Positions 39,651 through 52,137 of a stretch of 64,000 nucleotides of DNA are shown in pieces. This DNA is from Octopus sinensis (taxonomy: Eukaryota), in NCBI RefSeq assembly GCF_006345805.1, contig NC_043005.1, positions 41,292,001-41,356,000 of the forward strand, given 5' to 3'. Both the position numbers and the translations under genes were made by a program. Within the stretch, counting starts at the first letter, position 1, and each line of letters starts with the position of its first letter. A model generated the notes under the pieces. It made no database searches, was not told where the DNA came from, and worked only from the letters and a program-made list of their open reading frames with translations.

Positions 39651-41189
39651 AGCTTATATGACAGCTAAGATTTTATAGCAGCAACAGTACTGTCTTGTGA
39701 AATACACAAACAAGCAATGGTCAGGTGAAATGTGTCATCAAACAACAACAGGCAGTGCGAACGTTTGAAATAATAAATGAAATACTATAAACATGAATTT
39801 TAACATCAAATTTTGGTTCTGAGTAATAAACACTTGAAATATAAACACTGTAGAGATATTTCAAGTGGTTGTATTTGTAATATATGAAATCTGAATGTAT
39901 TAATTTTAAAAACTTTTAAATCTGTATGGAAAATTACTATTATTATTATTATTTTTGTTGTTGTTGTGTGAGAGAGAGCAGTGCATGTCATCAAAGTGGC
40001 AACAGAGTATGAATATACAAAGTCCAATATGTCCATCATGACCATATGTCTGATAAGGGTACACTAGGTACATGCATCACAACTGTATGTGCACCACATG
40101 GCAATCTCATATCAAGATAAACAACACACGACCTTGAAGGTGGAGCCCAGTTAGAATTTCTTCAGGTTGAGCAGCCCATCCTGCTCAAAAGGTCCGTGAA
40201 TAAGGGTCTTCTCAACACATGCCTATGATGCTCCCTCATTACCCCTGCTTGTGATCAGAGATGCACATATTGTCAGCCGCTAAAAGACATGTTCAACTGG
40301 TTATGCTCAAGCTACTGACAAATAAATCTGTGGTGTGGAGCAGAATATTTGCTGTAGCCCATCTTTTACACCAAAACAAAGCATGTAGATGATAACACTT
40401 CCAATGAGTTAAAATTAGAAGCTATGAGAACCATGTTCATAACTTCTGTTACAGCTGCAGGTTAACCAAAACCTCGTGCGTGGATTTGGTAGACAAAAAC
40501 TGAAAGAAGCCCATAGTTCATATCATCGTCGTCATCGTCATCATCATCATCATCATCATCATCATTTAGTCTGCTTTCCATGCTGGCATGGGTTAGATGG
40601 TTTGACTGGAACTGCACTAAGCTGGGGAGCTGCACTAAGTTCCAGTCTAATTTGGCATGGTTTCTACAGCTGGATGCTCATCCTAACATCAACCACTCCA
40701 AGATGTTTCCAACCCATGCAAGCATGGAAAAGTGTAGTATCTTTAGGCCAATGGATGATAAGTGCATGACATCAGTGATGTTTACATTATTTTACAGCTG
40801 CTCCTAATTAAAAATATATGTGTGTGCATGTGTGAGTGTGTGTGTGCATGTGCACGTGCGTGTGTGTGTGTGTGCATGCATACATATGTGTGTGTATGCT
40901 TGTGTGTGTGTTTGTGCTTGTGCACACGAATGTATGCATGTGTGTGCATGTTCGTGTGTGTGTTTGTTTGTGTGTGTGTGTGTGTGTGTGTGCATGTGAC
41001 TGAATGTATATATGATTCATTCACACATCTATAAAACAAAAAAGTCATTTTTCATGGTTTATGATTTTGTGGTTCTCATGCAGTTGATTTTATTCATCAA
41101 TGGTCAATAATATAAATACCTGGTCGACTAATCATTATAAATACCTGGTCAACTAATCATAATCTACAATGCAACAAAAACAAACATAC

Positions 41190-41324
41190 CAGCTTGGATA
41201 GATTCATGTCTCTCAAGACCCTCATTACAATTGTTGATTCACTGTCTTGGGAGTTCGTTCTTTTGAAAGCTCCCAGTGTCCTTAACACAGATAAAATATT
41301 CCGCAAGCCAAAGTCATAATGAAC
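41190..41324 (-). CDS. DNAH5: Dynein heavy chain exon 7: [15 protein letters not shown]...DMNLSKL
   Basis: 135 nt, phase 0-0; HYDFGLR motif; canonical AG/GT. Confidence 0.97.
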
Positions 41325-41543
41325 CTGTAAAAAAAACGATTTGGTTAGTTTGTCAACAAAATTGTCCTTGGTGGTTCCACTGGCAGTAGTGTCAGCCTCC
41401 TCCTCATCATTCATACATAAATACATATACATATGTATATGTATATAGATATATCATATATATATATATATATATATCATCGTTTAACGTCCGCTTTCCA
41501 TGCTGGCATGGGTTGGACGGTTCAACTGGGGTCTGGCAAGCCC

Positions 41544-41574
<31 letters not shown>

Positions 41575-41578
<4 letters not shown>

Positions 41579-41928
41579 CTTTTATTCTTTTATTGGTTTC
41601 AGTCATTTGACTATGCCCATGCTAGAGCACCACCTTTAATTGAAGCCTAGTACTTATTCTATTGGTCTCTTTTGCCAAACCACTTAGTTACGGGGATGTA
41701 AACACATCAACATCGGTTGTCAAGCGATGGTGGTGGGGACAATCACAGACACACAAACATATTTATATACACGACGGGCTTCTATCAGTTTCTGTCTACC
41801 AAATCCACTCACAAAGCTTTGGTTGGTCTGAGACTATAGTAGAAGATACTTGTCCAAGGTGCCATGCAGTGGAACTGAACCCGGAACAATGTGAATGGGA
41901 AGCAAGCTTCTTATCACACAGCCACACC
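41575..41928 (-). mobile_element. SINE family A copy
   Basis: Reverse-complement match to family A. Confidence 0.8.
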
Positions 41929-42552
41929 ATATATATATATATATTATATATATATATCCTTTAAGTTTTTTTACAAGAGACATGACATCTTGAGTATGCA
42001 TATAAAAGTTCTTATTCTGTTACACCAGCTGTAACCTAATGATTTCGACTGATTTTGTGGGTTGCACCAAGTTGTGTTGATATAATGTAGGATAAACATA
42101 CTTTTCTACTCTAGGCGCAAGGCCCAAAATTTTGGGAGAGGGGGACAATCGATTGGATTGACCCCAGTACGCAACTGGTACTCAATTTATCAACTCCAAA
42201 AGGATGACAGGCAAAGTTGACCTTGGTGGAATTTGAACTCAGAACATAAAGACAGACAAAATACCACTAAGCATTTTGCCTGGCATGCAAATGTTTCTGT
42301 CGGTTCACTGCCTTAATGTAGGATAAATATAGTAATAATAATAATCATCCTTGGATAGAGTTTACGAATATTTTAATGCATTACTATGTGTGTTTCCACA
42401 AATCACATGTTTCTTAAGATCATAGTCCATAATCCTAAGATGATTACAGTACAGTCCGTATTTTCCTTGGACATTGGACAAATCATGTTTGTGCATTCAT
42501 TTCTTAACATATGTTTAACTGAAGGTTGTTTATCAATTTTGACCAATGAGAA

Positions 42553-43487
42553 GCAGATGTCAGGATGGGTAGTATAGTTCTTTGGTTTGACAGCAGGTGC
42601 CATTACAGTCATTCAGTTGTTGGAATTCATTGTCTGAGTTAACAAATGATACTTTCTTAATGTGACCTTTTAATTAATTTTGGTTTTGTTCTTAGTCGAA
42701 AGACACCTGTTGTTATGTCCTGTTATTAATTTTATTGTATTTTTTTTATTGTATTTTTTTTATTGTATTTATATTTGTGTAACATTGTCTGTTTTTTTCC
42801 GTTTTTGTATACATTCGCTGCGTTCTTCCAAGGAATCTAATGCTTTTAGCTTAGTTTTTCCTTGGGGCTGGCCAGATTGGAGCAATTTCAAGAATAATCA
42901 GCCGAAATTGCAAGGATAATCTGGTGCTTGACTAAAGAAAGAAAACTTCGAATGACCCATATTTGTTTACATTGTATCATCTTTCTGGATGTTTTATTGT
43001 CCCTTTTTGTATCATCTAGTTGTCCGGATGGTTTGCGTTCTTGTCCCATTTTGTATTTTTTATATATATATAAATAGTAGTTATTTTGTTTAGTTGTTTA
43101 TGTCTTTTGCTTGTTCTAATATATGCCAATTCTGTTTCAAAATATTTTGTTTTTATTTTTGGCATCATTCCTAGAATTTGAATAAAGTATTTTGAAACAT
43201 AAAAACACTAACAGTCTTTGGCATATAATAGAAAAGAAAAGCAAATATACAACTAAACAAAATAACCAGTATTTTCATATGCTGTATGCTATACTATTAT
43301 ACCATCAAAAGAAATTAAAAGGTCATTTTTAAGAAAGTATCATTTGTCAACTTAGACAATGAACTCCAACAACTGAATGGCTGTAATGACTGTACTTGCT
43401 GACTTGACAATTTCTGAATTCACTGAAGAGGCACCTGCTGTGAACAAAGTCAAACCAAGGAACTACACTACCCATCCTAACATCTGC
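42553..43487. repeat. Nested fold-back structure
   Basis: Outer arms 42553-42685 / 43305-43487 and inner arms 43080-43144 / 43188-43266; the left side is interrupted by a repeat related to 58729-58900. Confidence 0.7.
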
Positions 43488-43636
43488 ATACACAAATATC
43501 AAAATGAGTCCAACATCACCAAACACACCTCCATCTTCTTATAACTACCATTCCTTCCTCTCTTTCCATCACCTCCTATTCCTCCCCACAAAATACACAC
43601 TGAAATGCCCACCATACCCTAATCAATGTTCTTATT

Positions 43637-44031
43637 ACTCTTTTACTCTTTTACTTGTTTCAGTCATTTGACTGTGGCCATGCTGGAGCACCGCCTTTAG
43701 TCGAGCAAATCGACCCCGGGACTTATTCTTTGTAAGCCCAGTACTTATTCTATCGGCCTCTTTTGTCGAACCGCTAAGTGACGGGGACGTAAACACACCA
43801 GCATCAGTTGTCAAGCAATGCTAGGGGGACAAACACACACACGCATATACACTTATATATATATATACATATATACGACGGGCTTCTTTCAGTTTCCGTC
43901 TACCAACTCTACTCACAAGGCTTTGGTCGGCCCGAGGCTATAGTAGAAGACACTTGCCCAAGGTGCCACGCAGTGGGACTGAACCCGGAACCATGTGGTT
44001 GGGAAGCAAGCAACTTACCACACAGCCACTC
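43637..44031 (-). mobile_element. SINE family A copy (young, CpG-retaining)
   Basis: Complete copy with intact CpG sites. Confidence 0.88.
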
Positions 44032-44199
44032 ATAAATAACTCACAGTTAAACATCCATTAATGACATATTGTCTGAAGAAATGAATGCATGAACTTAATA
44101 CAGACTGTACTGTATAGACTACTCAGTATAGAGTAGTTGGATTACAGTACAGTAGGGTCTATTGGGCACTGTCTGTGAGAAAACAGCACCATGACGTAA

Positions 44200-44930
44200 T
44201 TCACTCTGCCAAAAATTTGGAAACAACATGCTGTACTGCTCGGCATTCACACCGGAAGCTCTAATATGAACATTTCAGAGTGTTTGGATGTTAATTAGAG
44301 AGCAGTGCAATCTGAGATGTACCGAGAGTAATAAAAATTAAACCTCTAGTCAACATCATGTGATAGCAACGTTATGCCTTCATTCATCTTCCCACATGGC
44401 GTTGCACTCAATATGGAGGCCTATATCAAGCACTCGTTGGAAGTAGTGCTGCCCTGGGTCAAGAGGGTGCCTGCAGGAAAACCCTAACCCTAACCCTAAC
44501 CCTATATCTGCACCATGCCACACAAGCAGGAGAACCTAGTCATGGCTGCCAAACAATTTCTGAAATCACATAACACCTAACATCTGACCACTTAACTCCG
44601 CAGACTGCAACTCCCTTGACTATTATGTGTAGGGCACAGTTGACTGAGAGACCAACAAAACTCCTTGAAACACCAAAGATGAAATGAAAGAAAGGATTAT
44701 GGCAGCATTCACCAATTTAAACAAGGAGACTGTCCAGAAGAGTTGTAAGAATTTCTGAAGTCATCTGGAGTCCATGGTTGAAACCAATGGCGATTTTATT
44801 GAATAAATTTACTGTTTAGTATTTGAAGATATTTTTATGTAATTTTGGTATATATCTTTCAAAATGAGACGTTAGTGTTATTTTCATTTTTGCATAATTT
44901 AGATGAAAGTTTATTTACCACACCCTATAC
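44200..44930 (+). mobile_element. Tc1/mariner superfamily (DD37D/maT-like) transposase remnant
   Basis: VMPSFIFPHG...VVLPWVKRV...SAPCHTSRRT*SWL...ITPNI*PLNSADCNSLDYYV*G...LESMVETNGDFIE*; 37 residues from S(AP) to the last Asp; many stops. Confidence 0.82.
44480..44503 (+). repeat. Interstitial telomeric-type repeat (AACCCT)4
   Basis: aaccctaaccctaaccctaaccct inside the transposase remnant. Confidence 0.8.
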
Positions 44931-45043
44931 ATATATATATCTTTATATTCATACATGTGCACATGCACACACACACACACACACACATCATCATCATCAT
45001 CATCATTTAGCGTCCGTTTTCCATGCTAGCATGGGTGTGCAAT

Positions 45044-45077
<34 letters not shown>

Positions 45078-45140
45078 TGTATGTATGTATGTATGTATGT
45101 ATGTATGTATGTATCTATCTATCTATCTATCTATCTATCT

Positions 45141-46936
45141 TGCCCCCTCTCGGCGCTTCTATACGTATTGACTCTTGAGCCACTACTGCGGAAGCTGGCG
45201 ACTCTAAGGGGCATCCCGCGAGAATTGGGATGCGGGACGAGCGTGTCTGCATACGCGGACGACGTCACCGTCATAGTGTCTAGCCACGAGCACATCGAGC
45301 TGGTCGGCGAGACACTGAAAAACTACGAAGCGGTGACAGGAGCGAAAATCAACCGGGAAAAGTCAGTGGGCTTGCGACTAGGCACCTGGAGAAGCAAGCC
45401 CATGTCGTCCACCAGCGCCTCCGTCGTGGGACGCTGGACCGACGGCCCGGTTGAGTTGCTCGGGGTCTGGTTCGGTCCGGACCTCCAAGTGGAGAAGAAC
45501 TGGAACGAGATAACGAGTAGGGTGGTCACTCTCGCCCGGCAATGGGCCGAGAGGAAACTGTCCCTAAAAGGTCGAGCGGAGGTGGCGAACACGTACATCG
45601 CGTCCGTCATCTACTACCGCCTGACTGTCGTACCTGTCCCGACCCTACCATTACCAAACTACAACGCATCCTCTTTCGCTTCTTGTGGAAAGGATGCGTC
45701 CCGATGGTCAGGCGATCCATTTGCTGTCAACACCCGTTAAAAGGAGGGCTGGGCATGCCGTGGTTGATGATGCGCAGACACGCGCTGAGACTGCGACATC
45801 TCTGGCTCTATGTAGACGACGGTGAACAGGTGTGGTCGCCGTTTGTGAGGCACGCTTTCCCGCAGCTCGTCTCCATGACCGAACTGCAGTCGTGGATCAA
45901 AAAGAGGCCGAGGAAGGGCGAATGGCACCGCGAGTGTCGCGTTGCTCTCAAGCAACTCTGCCGTCCTGGGTCGACCTTAAGTGACTTCAACACAACCAAA
46001 GCATTCTATAGGGGTTTAGTGGAGGGGAGGTACGACGACGAGCTCGGGGCGAACCTGGACGTCGACGAGGAGTACCTGACCCGCCTGTTCGGGACGACTT
46101 TCGGGCCAGGGCCCATGGACAACTTCCAGAGATCCCTGGCCTGGCAGTGCTACCGAGAAGCGCTACCCGTTCGGGATAAGCTCTACAGACACGGCTCGAG
46201 AAACACGGGGCCGACCTGCCCGAGATGCGGTCAGAGCGACGAAACCGTTCTGCACGCACTCGTTCAGTGTCCAACAATTTCCGACCTGTGGGCTTATGTC
46301 GAACAACTGCTGTCACGTGTGGGACGAGTCGGTTTATCAGCTGAGTCTATCGTCAATATTGTCACGCCTCCTTCCTTCAAACGGGAAGAAAGAGCTATTT
46401 TCATCATCCTTGTGGCTATGGCGAAAGAATGTATCTGGTGGACGCGTCTGAAAGGATTGGAGACAAACACTTTCCTCTCTGGTCAATCTCTCATCAACTT
46501 CTTCAAGTACCACTTGAAAAGGAAAGTGAGAGTAGAGAGGCAAGTTTTGTCTAGCGAATGCTTTAAAAAAAGATGGGTGAATGTAGCAAGAATGGCACGT
46601 ATGAATGACGAAGCCACCTTGAGCATAGTCCTATGAACCCAGAAATCGAAAACAGAGAGTTGCTTATTTGCAAAAAAAAAAAAAAAAAAAAGAAATATAA
46701 AATGTGACTTCATTGACCGAGGTTACCGTGGTCTTTTCCGTAGGCTTTTCTTTCCACGGGTAAACCTCACCTGTCCTCCCTTTACACTTCATATTGACAT
46801 TTCTGTGATAACGATCCCTATTGATCAATTTTTTTCTCCTCTCCCCCTTTTTTTTTTTTTTTTTTTTTAACCCCCCCTTTTTTTTTTTTGTCCTCTTTCT
46901 CTCCTTTTACGATCCCTTTTGATCGAAACTCCCCTT

Positions 46937-46971
<35 letters not shown>

Positions 46972-47040
46972 CTTCAAAAGAAAAGCTCTACCTTGTAATT
47001 TGTTCTATCTGTGTGCAGCCCTGTGTGGCTAGTAAAGAAA
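45141..47040 (+). mobile_element. 5'-truncated Tx1/L1-clade LINE: RT C-terminal half, zf-RVT and 3' UTR, one frameshift near 45635
   Basis: CPLSALLYVL.LEPL, AYADDV, GAKINREKS, LLGVWF, LSLKGRA, GGLGMP and CPRCGQSDETVLHALVQCP motifs; CpG-rich versus host; 3' UTR with A and T tracts ending AGTAAAGAAA; flanked by TATC repeats. Confidence 0.92.
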
Positions 47041-47221
47041 CATATCTATCTATATATATATATATATATAATACCAAATATTGAAATGGAAAATTCACAC
47101 ATACAATATTGCTAATTTCTTGTCACTTATCATCCAAAGGATCATAACAATTTCACAATTTTAATGATAAAATTGGTAATTTTTGGTGGAATTAACAACA
47201 ACAAAAACCCAACGGCCATAC

Positions 47222-47416
47222 CTGTTTAGTGAGTTGTTCTTCACACAGTTTGTAAAGAGTGTAAAACTTCTTAGCCAGCATCACATTCTGTTGGAAGCCA
47301 CAGCTGGCAAGTTTCACACGCATAATGATACCTCTGTCTGGTACCATCATGGCAACGGTTCGGAAGTTTATCTTCAGGTTTTCTGGCAGTTCCTGTCGAC
47401 CAGCATAGCCAGGATT
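47222..47416 (-). CDS. DNAH5: Dynein heavy chain exon 6: [15 protein letters not shown]...LCEEQLTKQ
   Basis: 195 nt, phase 0-0, hand-translated (not in ORF track in this frame); [11 protein letters not shown] motif; canonical AG/GT. Confidence 0.97.
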
Positions 47417-47826
47417 CTATGAAACAAAGAGAAAATAAAACATAGTCAATCGATTCATTCACAAGTCATTGAAATCTAATAAAGTTTTTATCAAATGAGA
47501 TATTTAATATCTGTCATGATAATAACCATCCTGGGATAGATAAGGAATGATTTATTTCAGCAAAACCATATCAGACTCAATGATGTTTTGTGGTATTTAG
47601 TTTCACCCTTCTCTGTAATAAATTCAAATCCAATCAACATCAACATCAACATCATAGGTGCAGATGTAGCTGTGTGGTAAGAAGTTTGCTTCTCAACCAC
47701 TTGGCTCTCGGTTCAGTTCCACTGCATGGCACCTTGGGCAAGTATCTTCCACTATAGCCTTGGGCTGACCAAAACTTTATGAGTGGATTTAGTAGATGGA
47801 AACTGAAAAAAACCCATTGTGTGTGT

Positions 47827-47863
<37 letters not shown>

Positions 47864-48135
47864 ATATATTGCCAGATAAGACTGGAGCCTGGTGCAGCCT
47901 TCTGGCTTCCCAGATCCCCGGTCGAACCGTCCAACCTATGCTAGCATGGAGAACGGACGTTAAACGATGATGATGATGATGATGATGATAGTTCACAGAT
48001 GAGATCCAGAGAGACACTCTGTTTGTACTGTGGAAGTTGGACCTATTAAACTAAATCTCTATATATTTATTTGTACTTAAAAATTCATCATTTGAAAGTC
48101 TCCACCTTTTGCTTTCTCTCGTTTTGCATGTATAC

Positions 48136-48167
<32 letters not shown>

Positions 48168-48799
48168 CTTGTATTTCACACCTAAACTAATATGTTTATC
48201 TGCATAATTGCCTCTCTCTCTCCCTCCCTCTTTCGATATATATGTATATATATATATATATTTATACACACATATATACATATCTGTGTATGTGTCTTTG
48301 TGTCTGTGTTTGTCCCCCATCACCACTTGACAACTGGTGTTAGTGTGTTTATGCCCCATAACTTAACAGTTTGGAAAAAGAAACTGATAGAATAAGTACC
48401 AGGCTTCTAAAAAAATAATAAAAAAGGTACTAGGGGCGATTTGGTCAATTAAAATCCTGTAAAGCCACAGTCTAATGACTGAAAGAAGTAAAATATAAAA
48501 GATCAGTTTTACTTTGTGTCAGTGTGAGATAAATAAATTAAAAACTTGTAGTTTATTGGAATCTACTAAATCAATTAAATATTCCAAAATAAACTAGCTT
48601 TTTTTTTTTGTGAAAGAAATCAATATTCCCTAACACTATGACCTAAGGGTCAGAGGTGTTTGTTGTTTAATACTCTCAGGCAAAACATTAACCTCTTATT
48701 TACTTTAAATGTTATGATGACAAGACATTTAGATACCAGAAGGAAACTAGAGGGTTAGGATCTCTGAGGACATATTGTACATGGTAGGTATTATGTCAT

Positions 48800-49220
48800 T
48801 CTTATTCTTTTACTCGTTTCTGTCATTTGACTGTGGCCATGCTGGAGCACTGCCTTAAAGGGTTTTTAGTTGAAGAAATCGACATCAAGACTCATTATTT
48901 GTAAGCGTAGAATTTATTCTATTGGCCACTTTTGCTGAACTGCTAGGTTATGGGGACGTAAACACATGGTTATCAAGTGATAGTGGGGAGGGCAAACACA
49001 TACACAAAGACACAAACACAATATACATACATATATACATACACACACTCACACACACACACATGATAGGCTTCTTTCAGTTTCCATCTGTCAAATTCAC
49101 TCAGAAGGATTTGGTTTGCCTGAGGTTATAGTAGAAGACACTTGCCCAAGGTGCCATGTGGTGGGATTGAATCAGGAACCATGTGGTTGGGAAGCAAGCT
49201 TCTTACCACACAGCCATGCC
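48800..49220 (-). mobile_element. SINE family A copy
   Basis: Reverse-complement match to family A. Confidence 0.75.
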
Positions 49221-49689
49221 ATATTATACCTGGTGGATATATATATGTATATATATAATAAAAACTATTGCTATGAGATGGTAGTTAATGCTAACAGGTA
49301 GGACACAGGTAAAGAAAATAGACAGACATAAAACAGACATTAGGTCTAGGGCTGATAAGTAGAACACTAGTAAATGAAATGAACAAAAGTAGTTAGTTAA
49401 GTAAAGTGGCTTGGGCAATTGTTCTGTGGTGCCAGTAGACAAAATAGAAAATATCTTACTTTGATGAAAGGTGCGGGAGATGCACTGACAGAGACATTCC
49501 ACCTCATGGAGCTTATTTCTGATCAGACTGAGTAGGTAAGTTCTAGATGTTTTCGACACTATATATTTGAAATAAACCTGAGGGCAGCTAGTAATTTGTC
49601 AATTTGCAATCTTCAGCCTTAGATAAGCAGATTGAAGCCAACAAATCATGAGAAAAATGAAGTGTAAAATGTGAGCAGAAAGTGTTTAT

Positions 49690-49831
49690 CATTGTGAGGA
49701 ACAGACCAAATTCAGGATCCATATGCACAGTATCTCTATCAGTGAATATAAACTGGGGTTTTTGTTCCTTTTCGCATGGTAGTATAATAGCAATCTGTTG
49801 GGCTTCCACTGATAGTACAGGTAGTTCAAAC
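49690..49831 (-). pseudogene. Decayed duplicate (pseudo-exon) of dynein exon 5
   Basis: Near-copy of 50813-51000 plus about 65 nt of downstream intron. Acceptor CCAG|GTTT is kept, a 46-nt deletion removes the Walker B coding segment and shifts frame, and the donor is mutated GT to AT at 49688-89. Confidence 0.9.
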
Positions 49832-50812
49832 CTGGCAGGTTGCTGCTAAGGAAGATAACAATGTAAATCACATCCCAAATTTGAGATTTGCCACCTCAAA
49901 GAAGGAATACCACTTAAGGTTTTTGCTGTCCCTTAGCCAAACCTTGCTGGTTCTAGTTGCATTGAGAAATTTGTAGTAGTGCCCAAACCCTTTTTGACAA
50001 TATCATTGAGGGTAGCATGCCAAGGAGATGAACAGAACTGAGACATCAGTTGTAGACAGGTAAACAAAGTGAACTTATTTATTTAGAAAATATAGGTAGA
50101 TAGACAGGTGACAGATATTAGAAAATGTTTAGGTAGTGAGAGGATGATGTGTTGCAGGAAGATCTTAGGCTAGTTGGTAGGCAGATATATAGCTTATTGC
50201 CTTTATTACTTAGTTCCAAGTTAGTTCTGATCAAATGAAAGGTGTTCCAACGATGACGAACCAACCTATTTGTTTTTTCCAGATATACTGTATTAAGGAT
50301 AATATCATTTAATGTACTCATTGATATCATCTTTTTCTTTTTTAACCCATTCATGCTGATCGTCCATTTCAACTGACTCTTAATTTATAAGGGTATAAAA
50401 CAAATACTCATTACAAATTGTGATTTGTGTATGATCTGAATCAAAGAATGAAACATGTTCTTAATGCGTATGCAGTCTGTATCAAATGGATTTCAATAAA
50501 ATTTTTTTCAGTCATTATTTAGGGCAAAAATTATAGTATCTGTGAATTTTCAGGCAATTTCATTCATTAGAAAAATTTCGGCATGAATGGGTTAAGATAA
50601 ATTGCGATTCAGAGGGAAATCTTTAGCCATTTCTAGCAAACTGAGTATCCATGTAGACACTTTGTCACTAGTTTGTGATGTACTGAGAAAAATTCATGAG
50701 TCAGATATAATCATAATTAAATAAAGTAATTAAGGGAATTAGGTAAGCAGATTGAAGTCAGCAAATCTTGAGAAGAAAACTCGAAAATAAAGTGTAATCA
50801 GAAAGTGTTTAC

Positions 50813-51000
50813 CATTGTGAGAAACAGACCAAATTCAGGATCCATATCCACAGTATCTCCATCAGTGAATATAAACTGGGGTTTTCGTTCCTTTTTGCAT
50901 GTTAGTATAATAGCAATCTGCTGGGCTGCCACTGATAGTACAGGCAGTTCGATACGGTTGAATTCATCAAAACAACCCCAAGAACCTGATTGGGCCAAAC
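50813..51000 (-). CDS. DNAH5: Dynein heavy chain exon 5: (G)[16 protein letters not shown]...PEFGLFLTM
   Basis: 188 nt, phase 1-0; AAA1 Walker B CFDEFNR; canonical AG/GT. Confidence 0.97.
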
Positions 51001-52087
51001 CTGGAGTAAAGAAAAGGAATATAGCAAAAAGCTTTATTTGTGCAGTCAATTTATATAATAGATCATATTTTGAATTATGATATTTTAATACAAAGAAACA
51101 GAAAGAAAAAAGAAGAATAGAAAAGGAAAAGAAAAAGGGGTGGAAAGTAGCAGAAGATAGAGAAGAGGGGGTGATGAGCCACACACCCTGGAACAAATGG
51201 TGAGCTCAGCTGTATCCCATGGTGATGATCATGATGGTGTTGCTGCAGTGAATGGTTAGTAGCACTCACTGCAGCAACCATTCCACCTCATCCCCCTTCT
51301 TATCATCATCATCGGTGTCATTGTTTAAGGTCTGACTTCCATGCTGGCATGGATTGGATAGTTTGACAGATGCTGGCCAGGCAGGAGCCTGCACCAGACT
51401 TCTGTGTCCATTTTGGCAGGGTTTTTATGACTAACATCCCTCCTAACACCCAGCATTTCTCAGATGAATATAAAGTGGAATATAGAGTAGATGAAAGCGG
51501 AAGAGAGAGAGAGTAAGAACAGAGATATGTAGACAGAAATAAATACTTAGCTGAAGCAATACTTAATATCAGCTCATTAATTGTGCTACAGTCCACTTTA
51601 AATCTCTTTAAAATGAAAGCAGCTAACAGCATCCAAAACGTTTGCCAAATATGAAGCTAGATTCAAGCACCATGTGTGTCATATATTCTTATAATTTAGT
51701 TTTAACATATTCAGTATCATGAGCTTCCTTTCATATTTTATCTTTTACTTGTTGCAGTCATTTGACTGTGGCCATGCTGGGGTACTGCCTTGAAGAATTT
51801 TAGTTGCATGAGATGACCCCCACCAGGACTTATTATTTATTTGTAAAGCCCGGTACTTATTCTATTGGTCTCTTTTGCTGAATTGCTATATTTCAGGGAT
51901 GTAAACACACCAACACCATATGTCAAGTGGTGGTAGGACACACACTCACATTCATAGCACAGGTATGGCTGTGTGGTTCTGGATTCAGTCCCACTGCATG
52001 ACAACTTGGGCAAGTGTCTTCTCCTATAGCATCAGGCTGACCAAATGACCAAAGCCTTGTGTGTGGATTTGGTAGATGGAAACTCAT

Positions 52088-52137
<50 letters not shown>

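Noticed and set aside
41111-41160. 25-bp tandem repeat giving two CAG|GTATTT cryptic donors downstream of exon 7
   Set aside because: Use would read through an in-frame TGA at 41157-59; there is no evidence of use and the canonical donor is intact
46846-46967. C-rich segments plus long T runs resembling terminators
   Set aside because: They lie in the LINE 3' UTR, where T tracts are common; there is no associated small-RNA gene
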